A stretch of DNA of 64,000 nt, taken from contig CAVPCQ010000023.1 of NCBI GenBank assembly GCA_963702425.1, forward strand, positions 1-64,000, written 5' to 3'. Positions 10,801 to 20,039 of the stretch are shown in pieces. The position numbers and the translations under genes were made by a program. The notes under the pieces were generated by a model. The model made no database searches. It was given only the letters and a program-made list of their open reading frames with translations, and had not been told where the DNA came from. The stretch comes from an uncultured Acidobacteriota bacterium. GTDB taxonomy: Bacteria > Acidobacteriota > Polarisedimenticolia > J045. How positions within the stretch are numbered: position 1 is the stretch's first letter; the number at the start of each line of letters is the position of its first letter.

Positions 10801-13800
10801 GATGTGGAATGATGCGCATTTCCGTGTACGCGGTTCCGCGCTCGACGAGCGCGATCAGTTCTCCCATGACTCCGATGGTGTCGACGGCGCCAAGCGCATT
10901 CCGGACGCCGATCTGGATCCGGCTGTCCAGGTTGAAGTACCGCAGCTCGCTGCGCTCGCTGGTGAAGAGGACGCGATTCGCCACGTCGAATCGCGCGGCG
11001 CTGATGAACCATTGAGCGAGATCCTCTCGACGTTCAAGGTCCTCCTCGCGGTTCTGCGACGTGGTAAACATCTGCCCCGAATCGGTGATGAGGATGTCTC
11101 CCTGCGGGCTGATCGAGATCACGGGCGGGCCGTAGGAGCTCTCCGACTTCATCGATTCCAGTGCTGGTCCCGCGCCGGGCGGCAGGGCGTAACGGAAGAC
11201 GTACCAGCTGCCCCGCGCGTACAGTCGATCGCCATCAGGATGCGGTTCGATCTCGAGCCGATCGTACTGGGTCGACGTCAGGTCTCCGACCGGGCTGCCG
11301 GAGGCCGGGTCGTAGGCTCCGACCTCGCCCCGGTCGCTCGCCACGACGACGCGCCCGTCGCGGTTCTGGAAGAGGTCGACGGCGACCCGGCGCAGCGGGA
11401 ACGTGCGGAGCACGGAGAAGTCGGCGAGGTCGACGAACACGACCCGTCCCGTAGCCCCGGGCACTGGGAGCGCGGGATCGTAGCCACGCGGCACCAGCGA
11501 GACCAGGAGCTGGGTTCCGTCGACGGAGAGGGCCAGTGCCCCCGGCTCGCCGTCCAGCGCGACGCTCTGCACGATGAACCCCGAGATCGCGTCCACCGCG
11601 TGCACACGGTTCCTCGTCGGCTCGCTCAGGTAGAGCCGACTGCGCGCCTCGTCGACCACGATCCCTGCGGCACGGAATCCGTAGCGGTACCGCGGGTCCT
11701 GGCGTGAAGGGTCCGACGGGTCGGGCACGAACGCGACGTCGACGCGGGCCTCCGCCGTAGCAGCCAGGCCGAGACTGTCGCGGACCTGCACGCGCGCGAA
11801 GTGCGACCCGGCAAACGGATACCGGTGCTCGATCACGGGATCGGTCGAGAATGCGGTCTCCCACGAACCGTCCCCGTCGAGGTCCCAGCGGAACTGAAGG
11901 GACGCGGTGCCATCATCCGGATCCGTGCTGGACGACGCATCGAAGCGAAACGACGTCTCGGTATTGCCGCCCGACTGCGGCGCGACCACCAGACTGGCCA
12001 CGGGCGGCGCATCGGCCATGACGTCCGGCGCCGGGTGGCGCTCGACGACGGTGCGCGACCCGGTGGACGTCACCGCGACCAGGCTCTCGGCAGAAAAAGC
12101 CAGTGCCTTGGGACGCCCCCCGAGCAGGACCGTCCCGATCGGCAAGAAGCTCTCGGAGTTCAGGTACTCGACGGATGTGGCCCGGGAGACGGCAAGGACC
12201 CCGCGCGAGAAACCGAAAGCTGCTGTGTCGAATCCCTCGGAGATCGGCCGACCCGCCGGGACCAGATCTTCCGCGGCGGTCGCCGAGAGCTCGAGCGCGA
12301 CGCCGGTATCGGTGAGAAGCAGCTTGCCGTCCGGGCGAATGAAGACTCGCGAGCCACCAGCCGAGTCGACATTGCGTGGGTTCGAGAGCCCGTCGGAGGC
12401 GAGGGCGTCGAGCCGCCGCAAGGTTCCCCGGTCCGGCCCGTAGAAGCGCCGGCCGTCCGGGTGGACCTCGAGCGGGGAGGCTCCGTTCCACGCCCCTGCG
12501 AGAATGTCGCCAAGGAGCGGGTCGACGCGATAGACCTCCGGCGAGAAAGAGTAGGGGTCCCACGCCACCGACAGCAGGACCTCGGGCCCCGAAGCGACCC
12601 CGTGGGAGCCGTACCAGATATCGAACTGGCGATCACGCACCACTCGTCCCAAGTCGATCGATGCGAGTTGGGAGGCTCTGGTTCCGTAGTAGTCCTCCGG
12701 ATCGCGCACCGTGAGGGCGATCCAGACTCGTGCCCCATCGGAGGAAAGCGCCAGGTGGTCCGGCCGCCCGCTGAAGTCGAAGACGCGATCGATGAGGCCG
12801 GTCGTCAGGTCCATGGCCACGACGCGACGCCCGCCGGGATCGGCAATCCAGGCATGCCCCCGCGGGACGTCGATGACGGCCTCGCCGCTGGCGAAAGGCA
12901 GCTCGAAGGGGGTGTGAGCGAGGCCGCCGGAGCCGGTCGTCTCCGGTGCACATTCATCACCGCTCCCGTCGCCGTCCGCGTCGATCTGCCGAGCGTTCCA
13001 GAACGCCACGCAGTTGTCGCACGCGTCGCCGACCTTGTCCGCGTCCGCGTCTTCCTGGCCCGGATTCACCACCCTGGGACAGTTGTCCTCGGCATCGACG
13101 ATTCCGTCGCCGTCCGACTCGTCGCACGAGTCGCCGCTGCCATCTCCATCTTGGTCCTGCTGATCGGGATTGGGGGTGGCAAGGCAGTTGTCGCAGTCGT
13201 CGCCGCGCACGTCGGCGTCCTGGTCGAGCTGGCCCGCATTGGAAAGCGCGGGACAGTTGTCTCGGCTGTCGAGGACACCGTCCCCGTCGGAGTCCTCGCA
13301 GGCGTCCCCGATGCCGTCTCGATCCTGGTCGCCCTGCGGCGGATCGAAGGCGCTGGGGCAGATGTCTCCGCCGTCGGCCACGCGGTCACCGTCGGTGTCG
13401 GCGACGGTCGGGTCCGTTCCGCGCTCGAATTCCGCCGCGTTGGACAGTCCGTCCCCGTCGTCGTCCGCGTCGCGATCGAAGAACGTGATGGTCGGCCGGA
13501 CGTTCTCTACGGTGACGTCGTCGACGAACCACCCGACGACCGGATTGTACGGCGTGCGGACGACCAAGAAAGCGAAGCGAACCTCCTCGCCGAGATAATG
13601 CCACAGGTCGAATGCGGCCTGCTGGTAGTCAGTCGTCGCCAGCGGGGGCTTGCCGAGGTCAATCCAGGTCGCGCCGCCATCGGTCGAGATCTCGACCGTC
13701 GAGTTCCAGTGATAGTCGTTCCAGTTGGCGAACCGGAGCGTGGACGATCCGCCGGCGGCGAGACGATACGAGGGAGAGACGAGCCGTGTCACGGTGTAAC

Positions 13801-15742
13801 TCGTCGGCGTGACGCTCAGGCCCGAGGACCATGCGAGTCTCCCCGAGGCGGCCTGGCCCGGCCCGGTCGTGGGCTCCGCGAGGCCCCACGCCAGGTCGCT
13901 GCTCGCGAAGACCGAAAACCCGCTCGGCCGCTCGAAGTCCTCGCGTACGGTGCCCGTGAAGCGGATGCCACTCCCTTCGGTATCTTCGCCTGAGAGATTG
14001 ACACGTTCGGGCACAGCATCGTGGACGTCGATCACGACGAGACCATCCGCGAACTCGACAAGGGCACGCTGTGTTCCGCCACCCGAGACAACCACACCCG
14101 TCTGTGCGGATGCGGCGAAGACCGCGGAGCCATCGACGACCAGCGTCAGGCGTACGCCGGCCTGCTCCGGGTGAAGGATGCCGTGCGCGTCGACGAGGCG
14201 CACGGTGATCGTCGCGGCGCCACCCGCGAAGCCGTTCGCCGTTCCCTGCGCTTCGGCGATCAGCGGGATGACGTACCAATCGCAGGCGTCTCCCGATCCG
14301 TCGTAATCCGAATCGAATTGGTCCGGGTTGACGACGTCCGGGCAGTTGTCGTAGGCATCGGCAACGCCGTCGCCGTCGGGATCCTCGCAGGCGTCGCCCG
14401 GTCCTCCGGGATGGACCGTGTCGGCCTGACTCGGGTCGTACGCTCCGGGGCAGCTGTCGCACACATCGCCAACGCGATCGCCGTCCGGGTCTTCCTGTCC
14501 GGGGTTCGATCGGTCGGGACAGTTGTCCTGCGGGTCCACCACCCCGTCCCCGTCGGCGTCCTCGCAGGCGTCCCCCGTCCCGTCCCCGTCGGAATCCAAC
14601 TGCTGGTTGTTGGCGATCGTCGGGCAGTTGTCCGTGCCATCCCATGCGCCGTCGCGGTCCGTATCGACTCGGAACGGATCGGTGCCGCGCTCGACCTCCG
14701 CGCGGGTCGTGAGCCCGTCGCCGTCGGGATCGCCGTCGGGATCGAGGAACTCGATCGTGGTCGGGATCTCCTCGAGCGCGACGTCGTCGACATACCAGCC
14801 GGGATTCGGTTCCACGCGCCCGACGAGCGTCCAGCGGAAGCGCACCTCGTAGCCCGCCAGCCAGGAAATGTCGATCACGCGCCGCTCCCACCCCGCGGCG
14901 GAGAGGTCGCCGTAGGGGGAGTCGAGCCAGCCCCAGGACCGGCCACCGTCGGTCGAGACCTCGAGGTCGCCCCAGTCGCAGCAGCCGCCGTGGAACCAAC
15001 TGCGGTACGCGATGCGCGGCGTGCTGCCGGCCGGCAACGTGAAGGGAGGCGAGTGCAGCTCGTTCCAGCTCGGCACCCGGTAGTTTCCGGTCAGCGACGT
15101 CGCCCAGGCTCGAGTGCCCGAGAAGGCGGACCACGGGCCGTAGATCGGCGTGCCCCGCTCCCAGTCGCCGTACGCGAGGTAGCCGCCGTCGCTCGCCTCG
15201 AAGTCCTCGACGATCGCGTCGTAGAACGCGAGGCCGACGCCGGCCGTGTCCTCGGCCCCGAGCCTCACCCGTTCCGGCGTCGCGTCGAGCAGGTCGATGA
15301 CGACCAGGCCGTCGACGAACTCGACCAGCGCGCGAGGCGTGCCCGCGCCGGAAACGAGACGCCCGGACGACGCGGTGTCGCCGAAGACTGCGGCTCCGTC
15401 GAGCGTCAGCGTCGCCTGCACCCCCGCCAGCTGGGTCTGGAGCGCGCCGTCAGCGGAAATCAACCGATACGTCGCCCGGGCCGGGTCGCCGGACAGCTCC
15501 CAGGTCGCGACTTCCGCCCGGATCCGCAGGTCGAGATCCGGGTAGGGATCGCAGGCGTCGCCGAGACGATCGCCGTCCTGGTTCTCCTGCCCGCCGTTCG
15601 CGACGGCGGGGCAGTTGTCGAGCGCGTCCTCTACCAGATCGCCGTCGGAGTCCGGCGACTGCGCGATGGCGAACGACACGACCGACACGACCGCGAGCGC
15701 GAGGACCGCCACCCGCACCGGACGCCACTCCCGGCTGAGCAT
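4814..15742 (-). CDS. Giant 3642-aa secreted/surface protein, paralog B: signal peptide, TSP3 repeats, two jelly-roll domains, six beta-propeller plus PKD modules, C-terminal Ig-like domains
   Basis: Signal peptide, many DxDxDGxGDxCDNC repeats, EVSTDGG.SW motifs, and repeated N.AP.A...DAS.S.D...FRWD.DGDG.W...Y...G...VQVRD.LG PKD motifs alternating with YncE/YVTN-like propellers. Confidence 0.93.
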   Translation of the reverse strand: MLSREWRPVRVAVLALAVVSVVSFAIAQSPDSDGDLVEDALDNCPAVANGGQENQDGDRLGDACDPYPDLDLRIRAEVATWELSGDPARATYRLISADGALQTQLAGVQATLTLDGAAVFGDTASSGRLVSGAGTPRALVEFVDGLVVIDLLDATPERVRLGAEDTAGVGLAFYDAIVEDFEASDGGYLAYGDWERGTPIYGPWSAFSGTRAWATSLTGNYRVPSWNELHSPPFTLPAGSTPRIAYRSWFHGGCCDWGDLEVSTDGGRSWGWLDSPYGDLSAAGWERRVIDISWLAGYEVRFRWTLVGRVEPNPGWYVDDVALEEIPTTIEFLDPDGDPDGDGLTTRAEVERGTDPFRVDTDRDGAWDGTDNCPTIANNQQLDSDGDGTGDACEDADGDGVVDPQDNCPDRSNPGQEDPDGDRVGDVCDSCPGAYDPSQADTVHPGGPGDACEDPDGDGVADAYDNCPDVVNPDQFDSDYDGSGDACDWYVIPLIAEAQGTANGFAGGAATITVRLVDAHGILHPEQAGVRLTLVVDGSAVFAASAQTGVVVSGGGTQRALVEFADGLVVIDVHDAVPERVNLSGEDTEGSGIRFTGTVREDFERPSGFSVFASSDLAWGLAEPTTGPGQAASGRLAWSSGLSVTPTSYTVTRLVSPSYRLAAGGSSTLRFANWNDYHWNSTVEISTDGGATWIDLGKPPLATTDYQQAAFDLWHYLGEEVRFAFLVVRTPYNPVVGWFVDDVTVENVRPTITFFDRDADDDGDGLSNAAEFERGTDPTVADTDGDRVADGGDICPSAFDPPQGDQDRDGIGDACEDSDGDGVLDSRDNCPALSNAGQLDQDADVRGDDCDNCLATPNPDQQDQDGDGSGDSCDESDGDGIVDAEDNCPRVVNPGQEDADADKVGDACDNCVAFWNARQIDADGDGSGDECAPETTGSGGLAHTPFELPFASGEAVIDVPRGHAWIADPGGRRVVAMDLTTGLIDRVFDFSGRPDHLALSSDGARVWIALTVRDPEDYYGTRASQLASIDLGRVVRDRQFDIWYGSHGVASGPEVLLSVAWDPYSFSPEVYRVDPLLGDILAGAWNGASPLEVHPDGRRFYGPDRGTLRRLDALASDGLSNPRNVDSAGGSRVFIRPDGKLLLTDTGVALELSATAAEDLVPAGRPISEGFDTAAFGFSRGVLAVSRATSVEYLNSESFLPIGTVLLGGRPKALAFSAESLVAVTSTGSRTVVERHPAPDVMADAPPVASLVVAPQSGGNTETSFRFDASSSTDPDDGTASLQFRWDLDGDGSWETAFSTDPVIEHRYPFAGSHFARVQVRDSLGLAATAEARVDVAFVPDPSDPSRQDPRYRYGFRAAGIVVDEARSRLYLSEPTRNRVHAVDAISGFIVQSVALDGEPGALALSVDGTQLLVSLVPRGYDPALPVPGATGRVVFVDLADFSVLRTFPLRRVAVDLFQNRDGRVVVASDRGEVGAYDPASGSPVGDLTSTQYDRLEIEPHPDGDRLYARGSWYVFRYALPPGAGPALESMKSESSYGPPVISISPQGDILITDSGQMFTTSQNREEDLERREDLAQWFISAARFDVANRVLFTSERSELRYFNLDSRIQIGVRNALGAVDTIGVMGELIALVERGTAYTEMRIIPHPVPDGSTNQAPDAHFTVSPESGATTNTTVTLDASGTVDPEDGGSGLSFRWDFDTDGTWDTAWSEDPVATIRYDIAGDKAVRLQAHDRLGAVADAVQEFAVAFEPSAGEPGPSHAPFAFDFEAHDAVFESSRPRAYLLDQEGRTLSVVNSQTGLVERRFAFSGRPRGLSLSPDGSKLTVLIDVLDPPGSIYHGTVVQSQLAVFDTAAVLKIAHYQLPYIAYAHATGQRWAAVGGESQMLHIVELASGQELSSALLTTSIDTLALHPSERAIYTTMYGTNARVLSVDEEGIAQPANGPEPTLLGEPSVSADGRFLFSKSSYAYQIGDDPARDITLLTDCWDCAEGSIYYSAIVPDSVHGTIVTLENGRIVYRNLQTYLAIGSDPIVTSGTWPRFLGLSGDKVLVVATLTWSRSELIVRDHAAPGAASNTAPAARLEISPAADGSTQTPFRLDASLSDDPEDGAASLLFRWDADGDGRWDGPFASTAVVELRYPFAGTRTVRVQVRDRLGLFSETSATVQVQLEPDPGTPFGNHVPYELPFNPVDVAFDSGRSVLWIAEEAGRRVLAMNLDTGLVERQYELGLYPGQLELPPDGSRLAIVTRGTCESCPDSTPPDPWRAHVMSIDLANGLLDRQFPVDGAVNDIAVLDPRRVALTVSTPDGRAVQVIEDDGTIVATLSTAPRPLYLVATPSGRTIYVTTETSIERHDQGDDGGFRRSREVSTSGSPYRLVITPAGDALLRPGNPQILELDPDPAADLVPAQEALRNWWQIAFDPPQSALLTLGSNGMLDAYNLATRLPISSEPTPGQTRDWDESWIGIAGARVALVARYHYYSPNGRMRVRFVDHPALDGAANAAPEAALVVTPSPSGSTRTTFQLDASGSRDADDAPSQLSYRWDLDGDGLWDSPFEQSNSRSIRFPYAGSYRISVQVRDQLGLTSAASVVVTAYFEPDPGDVAEPNAPYELDEGSVRTVFDSARRRAWIFDANGLRLLSMNLENGLLERAYAIGAPLAHMSLTSDFSRLLLVTVPQLMVDEDGSKSSRAHVMSIDFDTAVLDRQFPVDGTVTDADMMVDGRVALLVGEETPEVRVVDGATGEFRGASPLPGGSSIVAHPTWAVIYGCSPNNDKVHRFDAAATGGLVPSAVRREPGYGCLAVTPDGTHLITGRDALVLDEDPVRDLRPSGDRVYAESSGSIFFDPPRRELFVRSYEILRTYNLETLLPVGKMYLEESGTGWTVVGAGISGDELAVVETYYDWPDPSRNRIRLAPHPFPAGATNLAPSISLGVSPGEGTTNTRFRLDASTAADAETPREELRLRWDLDGDGFWDTGFDPGTIREERFVIEGPRRVTVQVRDALGMTAQASVDLEVTFVPDPGEPAPDHEPFLVPFDQYSSQVAFDSLRPRMAVIERTGSAVTFVDLTSGLSERRIALGAGLTWTAMASDGSTLLVGGFEHSTEFRGPLLAAIDLATMTKVSHVRVGISPPGQIAAANARVAFAVGIADLGYALQAIEPSTGRILAETRDLPLDQQVTALAATPTGDRVYVLMPFEIRRYDLAADGTLVRTTSRPSRDPYTQFGDALWIAPDGSLLVVDPEDVYRLSERPEDDLELVGVLPVEKPHDGRDIRSLAWDLSNREFHVLCGNPTGWMQVAIDGLRLVGGERYQPSWIAVGKHGKTLSVAAGDESIPGARIEQRHINHAPSAVAGPDQVLECSGGGQVRAEVDGSRSTDGDSSPGTVDDIASYAWSEGGEHFAESARAVRELALGEHSLRLTVTDADGATATDETVIDVVDRAGPAIRVDSPASGQCLGPAAVPVVPQASAQDACTGTEPAVTFEPPGPLTAHGDYSLVASAVDPAGNASRVEVPFTLDLVAPQVTLLEPEPRQKFVLPLEVRFESADRDGAAGEVVHEVVLLDGCVAWDGASVGDGDGLLSDETLVLDQAVLCGIAARCGVRAWKNPELAVVATDCGGNAGRAATRLRGAYTLPDAACGVSLRLPALELTTR

Positions 15743-15767
15743 GCTTTCTCCCCTCCAGACGACACCC

Positions 15768-15835
15768 GGATCGAGGCCTGGTTACCGATCCATAAGGCGC
15801 CCAGAAAGTACCACCCGGACCGCGCGCGGAGAATC
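15768..15835 (-). promoter_or_regulatory. Conserved upstream motif of paralog B
   Basis: Homologous to 4375-4440. Confidence 0.55.
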
Positions 15836-15914
15836 CGTATTTGGCGGACGGGGGGCTGCCTGCGCCGCGCTCCGCCGACGGTTCCGGACCGGCACGAACC
15901 CCTCCCGCCGGGAC

Positions 15915-15980
15915 TTGACAAGGCCCCCCAGTGTACCCGATTGTTCATCCGACCGTTTGGTTGAACCGTCCGTTTGGTCA
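15915..15980 (+). promoter_or_regulatory. tetR promoter (-35 TTGACA) with two imperfect palindromic operators
   Basis: TTGACA at 15915-15920. TTCATCCGACCGTTTGGTTGAA and TGAACCGTCCGTTTGGTCA lie directly upstream of the tetR start. Confidence 0.65.
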
Positions 15981-15989
15981 GGAGCCTCG

Positions 15990-16646
15990 ATGAGCACGAC
16001 CGTCCGCACAAAGCCGCGCCCCGCAAGGGATTCCGAAGCCACCCGGGAGGCCCTCCTCTCCGCCGGGGCCACCCTTTTCGCCGAGGGCGGCTTCGACGGG
16101 ACCTCGGTCGACGAGATCGCCCGCCGAGCCCGCGTCAACAAAGCCATGATCAGCTACCACTTCGGCGGGAAGGAGGGGCTCTACGGGGCGATCCTGACCG
16201 CCGCCGTGACCCCCGCCGCCGAGCGGCTGCGGGACCTGGCGGCCGCCGACCTCCCGCCGACGGAGGCGCTGGCCCGCTACATCGAGACCTTCGTCGAGAT
16301 CGCCGAGAAGAACCCGCACTTCCCGCCGATGGTCCTGCAGGAACTGGTGCACGGCGGCCGGCTCTTCGACGAGACGATCTTCCCGCACCTGCTCGCGATC
16401 TTCGGTGCGATCCGGATGATCGTCGCGCGCGGGATCGCGCTCCGCGTCTTCCGGCCGGTCGACCCGCTCGTCACGCACCTCGCGGTCGTCGGCTCGCTGC
16501 TCTTCTTCCTCGCCACCGAGCCCGTGCGCGCGCGGATGGAGAAGAAGGGGCTGCTTCCCGTGCCGCGCCCGCTGCCGAAGGACTTCGTCGCGCACCTGAA
16601 GGACGTCACCATCCGCGGCCTCCTGGCCGAGCCGCCGAGGAGCTGA
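15990..16646 (+). CDS. TetR/AcrR-family transcriptional regulator
   Basis: LFAEGGFDGTSVDEIARRARVNKAMISYHFGGKEGLY helix-turn-helix; RBS GGAG before ATG 15990. Confidence 0.93.
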   Translation: MSTTVRTKPRPARDSEATREALLSAGATLFAEGGFDGTSVDEIARRARVNKAMISYHFGGKEGLYGAILTAAVTPAAERLRDLAAADLPPTEALARYIETFVEIAEKNPHFPPMVLQELVHGGRLFDETIFPHLLAIFGAIRMIVARGIALRVFRPVDPLVTHLAVVGSLLFFLATEPVRARMEKKGLLPVPRPLPKDFVAHLKDVTIRGLLAEPPRS

Positions 16647-16647
16647 C

Positions 16648-17682
16648 ATGCGCCGCGCTTCGCTCGCCTCGCTCGCTTCCCCGCTCGCCCTGCTCGCCGC
16701 CTTGCTCGCCGCGACGCTCACAGCGACCGGCTGCCGCGCGAAGAGCGACCCGAACCGGATCGTCGCCTCCGGCCACGTCGAGGCGACCGACGTGCGGGTC
16801 GCGACCAAGATCCCCGGCACGCTGTCGACGCTGACGCCGGAAGAGGGCGATGCCGTCACCGCCGGCCAGGTGATCGCGCGGATCGACACCACCGACCTCG
16901 AGCTGGCGCTGGCCACGGCGCGCGCGGAGCGCGACGCGGCCGGCGCCGACCTGCGGCTGAAGCTCGCCGGTGCGCGCGCCGAGGAGATCGCCGAGGCCCG
17001 CGCCGTCGTCGCGCAGGCCGAGGCCGACCTCGCCGGCGCGCAGCGCGAGCTCGACCGGATGCAGGGGCTGGTCGACTCCGGCTCGGGGATCGTCAAATCG
17101 CGCGATGACGCGGCGACGCGGCGCGACATCTCGGCCAAGGCGGTCGCGGCGGCGCGCGAGCGGCTGCACCGCCTCGAAGCGGGCTTCCGACCGCAGGAGA
17201 TCGACGCCGCGCGGGCCCGCCTCGCAGCGGGAGACGCGCGGATCGCGCAGCTCGAGCAGCAGGTGAAGGACGCGACGATCGCCGCGCCGCGCGCCGGGAT
17301 CGTCACCGGCCGGCTGGTCGAGCCAGGCGAGATCCTCGCGCCCGGCGCGGTGCTGGTCGTGATCACCGACCTGAACGACGCCTGGTTGACGGCCTACGTC
17401 GGCGAGCGCGACCTGGGCCGCCTGCGCCTCGGCCAGGAGGCGCAGGTCGTCACCGACGACGGCCAGTCGCGCACCGGCAAGGTGACCTTCGTCGCCAGCC
17501 AGGCCGAGTTCACGCCCAAGAACGTCCAGACCGCCGAGGAGCGGGAGAAGCTGGTCTACCGGATCAAGGTCGCGCTCCCCAACGCCGACGGTCTGTTCAA
17601 GCCCGGCATGCCGGCCACCGCGCGCCTTGGCGCGGCGGCGGCGCCCGCGGCCGCCGCGACCACTGCAGGAACCGCGAAGTGA
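16648..17682 (+). CDS. HlyD-family periplasmic adaptor (YbhG-like), probable lipoprotein
   Basis: ASGHVEA, coiled-coil region, AEFTPKNVQT.EER..LVYRIK motif; lipobox TATGC. Confidence 0.93.
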   Translation: MRRASLASLASPLALLAALLAATLTATGCRAKSDPNRIVASGHVEATDVRVATKIPGTLSTLTPEEGDAVTAGQVIARIDTTDLELALATARAERDAAGADLRLKLAGARAEEIAEARAVVAQAEADLAGAQRELDRMQGLVDSGSGIVKSRDDAATRRDISAKAVAAARERLHRLEAGFRPQEIDAARARLAAGDARIAQLEQQVKDATIAAPRAGIVTGRLVEPGEILAPGAVLVVITDLNDAWLTAYVGERDLGRLRLGQEAQVVTDDGQSRTGKVTFVASQAEFTPKNVQTAEEREKLVYRIKVALPNADGLFKPGMPATARLGAAAAPAAAATTAGTAK

Positions 17683-18672
17683 GCATCCCGCCCCGCGCCG
17701 CCGACGGCCCGCTGGTCGCGGTCGACCGCCTCGTGCGGCGTTTCGGCGACGTCGTCGCCGTCGACGGGCTGTCGTTCGACGTGCGGCGCGGCGAGATGTT
17801 CGGGCTGATCGGGCCGGACGGCGCGGGCAAGACGACGACCCTGCGCACGGTGCTGGGGCTGCTCGCCGCCCACGGCGGCAGCGTCCGCACGCTCGGCGCT
17901 CGACCCGGCAACGGAGCGCCGGCGCCTGGCGCGGCGCCTCGGCTACCTCTCGCAGCGCTTCTCGCTCTACGGCGACCTCTCGGTCGACGAGAACGTCGGC
18001 TTCTTCGCCGACGTCCACGGCGTCGCCGACTGGCGCGCGAAGCGCGATCGGCTGCTCGAGCTGGTGCGTCTGACGCCGTTCCGCGATCGCCTGGCCGCGC
18101 GCCTCTCCGGCGGGATGAAGCAGAAGCTGGCGCTGGCCTGCACGCTGATCCACACGCCGGAGCTGCTGATCCTCGACGAGCCGACGACCGGCGTCGACCC
18201 GGTCTCGCGGCGCGAGTTCTGGAAGATCCTCGGCACGCTGCAGCGCGACGGGCTGACGACGCTGCTGACGACCCCGTACCTGGACGAGGCCGAGCGCTGC
18301 CAGCGCGTCGCGCTGATCGATCGCGGCCGGCTGCTGGCGCTCGACACCCCGGAGGCGCTGCGCGCACGCGGCGGCCGCGCGATGCTCGAGGTGATCGCCG
18401 AGCCGCGCCGCGAGGTGCGGGCCTGGCTCGCTGCGCGGCCCGGCGTGGCCGAGGTCGAGAGCTTCGGCGAGCGGCTGCACGTCACGCTGGCTGGCGACGA
18501 TCGTCGCGGACTCGAGGCCGCCGATCGCAGCGGCCCCGAACCCGGCGCTCGCGCGGCGGAGGAACTGCGCGCCGCGCTCGCCGCCGCCGGGTTCCACGCC
18601 GCCACCGTCCGCCCCGTCGCCCCCGCCCTGGAAGACGTCTTCATCCACGAGATCCGGGAGGCTTCCCGATGA
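17679..18672 (+). CDS. ABC transporter ATP-binding protein (apparent +1 frameshift at ~17898)
   Basis: Walker A GPDGAGKT is in the 17679 frame. GYLSQRFSLY, LSGGMKQK and LILDEPT are in the 18064 frame. Removing one base at ~17898 joins them. Confidence 0.88.
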
Positions 18673-20034
18673 TCACCGCTTCGCGCGTCGCTCCCCTTCT
18701 CGCGCTGCTGGTCGCGATCGCTGCGCCCGCCGCCGCCGCGCCGCAACTCCCCGCCGCTCCCGAGACCGCTCCGGACGCCACCGCCCCGGTCCGCCTCACT
18801 CTGGCCGAGGCGCTCGAGCGCGCCGCCTCCTCCGCCCCGCGCCTGGCTACGCTGGCCGCGCGCGAGCAGGCGGCGGTGGCCGGCGTCGACGAGGCGAGGG
18901 CCCAGCGCGGGCCCGAGTCGCTGCTCTCCGCCTACGCCACGCGCCTGTCGTCCGTGCCGGAGCTGACGCTCGAGTTCCCCGGTGCCCCGCCGCGGACGAT
19001 CTTCCCGAGCATCGAGAACAACTTCGGCGCCCGGATCGGCCTGACGCAGCCGGTCTACACCGGCGGCCGACTCGTCGCCCAGGTCGACGGCGCGAAGAGC
19101 GAGCGCCAGGCCGTCGCGCAGGACCGCCAGGCCGCCGCCAGCGACATCGCGCTCGAGACTTCCGCCGCGTACTGGACCCTCGTCACGGCGCGCGAGTTCG
19201 AGGTCGTGCTCGGCGAGTCGATCGCGGTCTACGAAGCCCACCTGGTCGACACCGAGAACATGCTGCGCTTCGGGATGGTCGCGGAGAGCGACCTGCTCAA
19301 CGTGCGCGTCCAGCGCGACCGCGCCGTGCTCGACCGGCTGCAGGCCCGGGCCGCCGCCGACACCGCCGAGGCCAACCTCGCGCGCCTCACGGGCCTGGCA
19401 CCCGGGGCGCGGATCGCGGCGGTCGAGCCGCTCGGTGGCCCTTCCGTCGAGCCGCCGGAGCGCGACGCGCTGATCGCCGCCGCGCTTGCTGCCCGCCCCG
19501 ACCGCGTAGCGCTCCTCTCGCGGATCGAGGTGCTCGAGGCGGCGGTGCGCGTCGAAGAGGCCGCCCGGTGGCCGCAGGTCTACGCCAACGCCGGCTACGA
19601 CTACGCCCGGCCCAACCGCGAGGTCCTCCCCTTCACCGACCAGTGGAAGGGCACCTGGGACGTCTCGCTCGGGCTGGCCTTCCGCGTCTTCGACAACGGC
19701 CGCGTCAGCGCTGCCGTGGCCCGGCGCCGCGCGCAGCTCGCGGCGATCGAACAGCAACTCCGCGAGCTGGACGAGATCATCACGCTCGAGGTGATCGCGC
19801 GGCGGATCGAAGCTGGAGGCGGCTCGCGCGGCGGTCCCGGTCTCGGAGTCAGCCGTCGTCGCGGCGAAGGAGAGCCGCCGCTCGAGTGCGGAGCAGTTCA
19901 AGGCGGGCGTGATCAACTCGACCGACCTGCTGGCGGTCGAGAACGCCGCGCTGCGGGCCGCGCTCGAGCGGACCGCGGCGATGGCGCAGGTTCGCCTGGC
20001 CGGGGCGCGGCTCGACCGCGCGACCGGGCGCTGA
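18669..20034 (+). CDS. TolC-family outer membrane efflux protein (apparent +1 frameshift at ~19811)
   Basis: ATGA overlap, signal peptide, LTLAEAL, LTQPVYTGG, VFDNG. The C-terminus QFKAGVINSTDLL...RLDRATGR* is in the shifted frame. Confidence 0.87.
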
Positions 20035-20039
20035 CGTCG

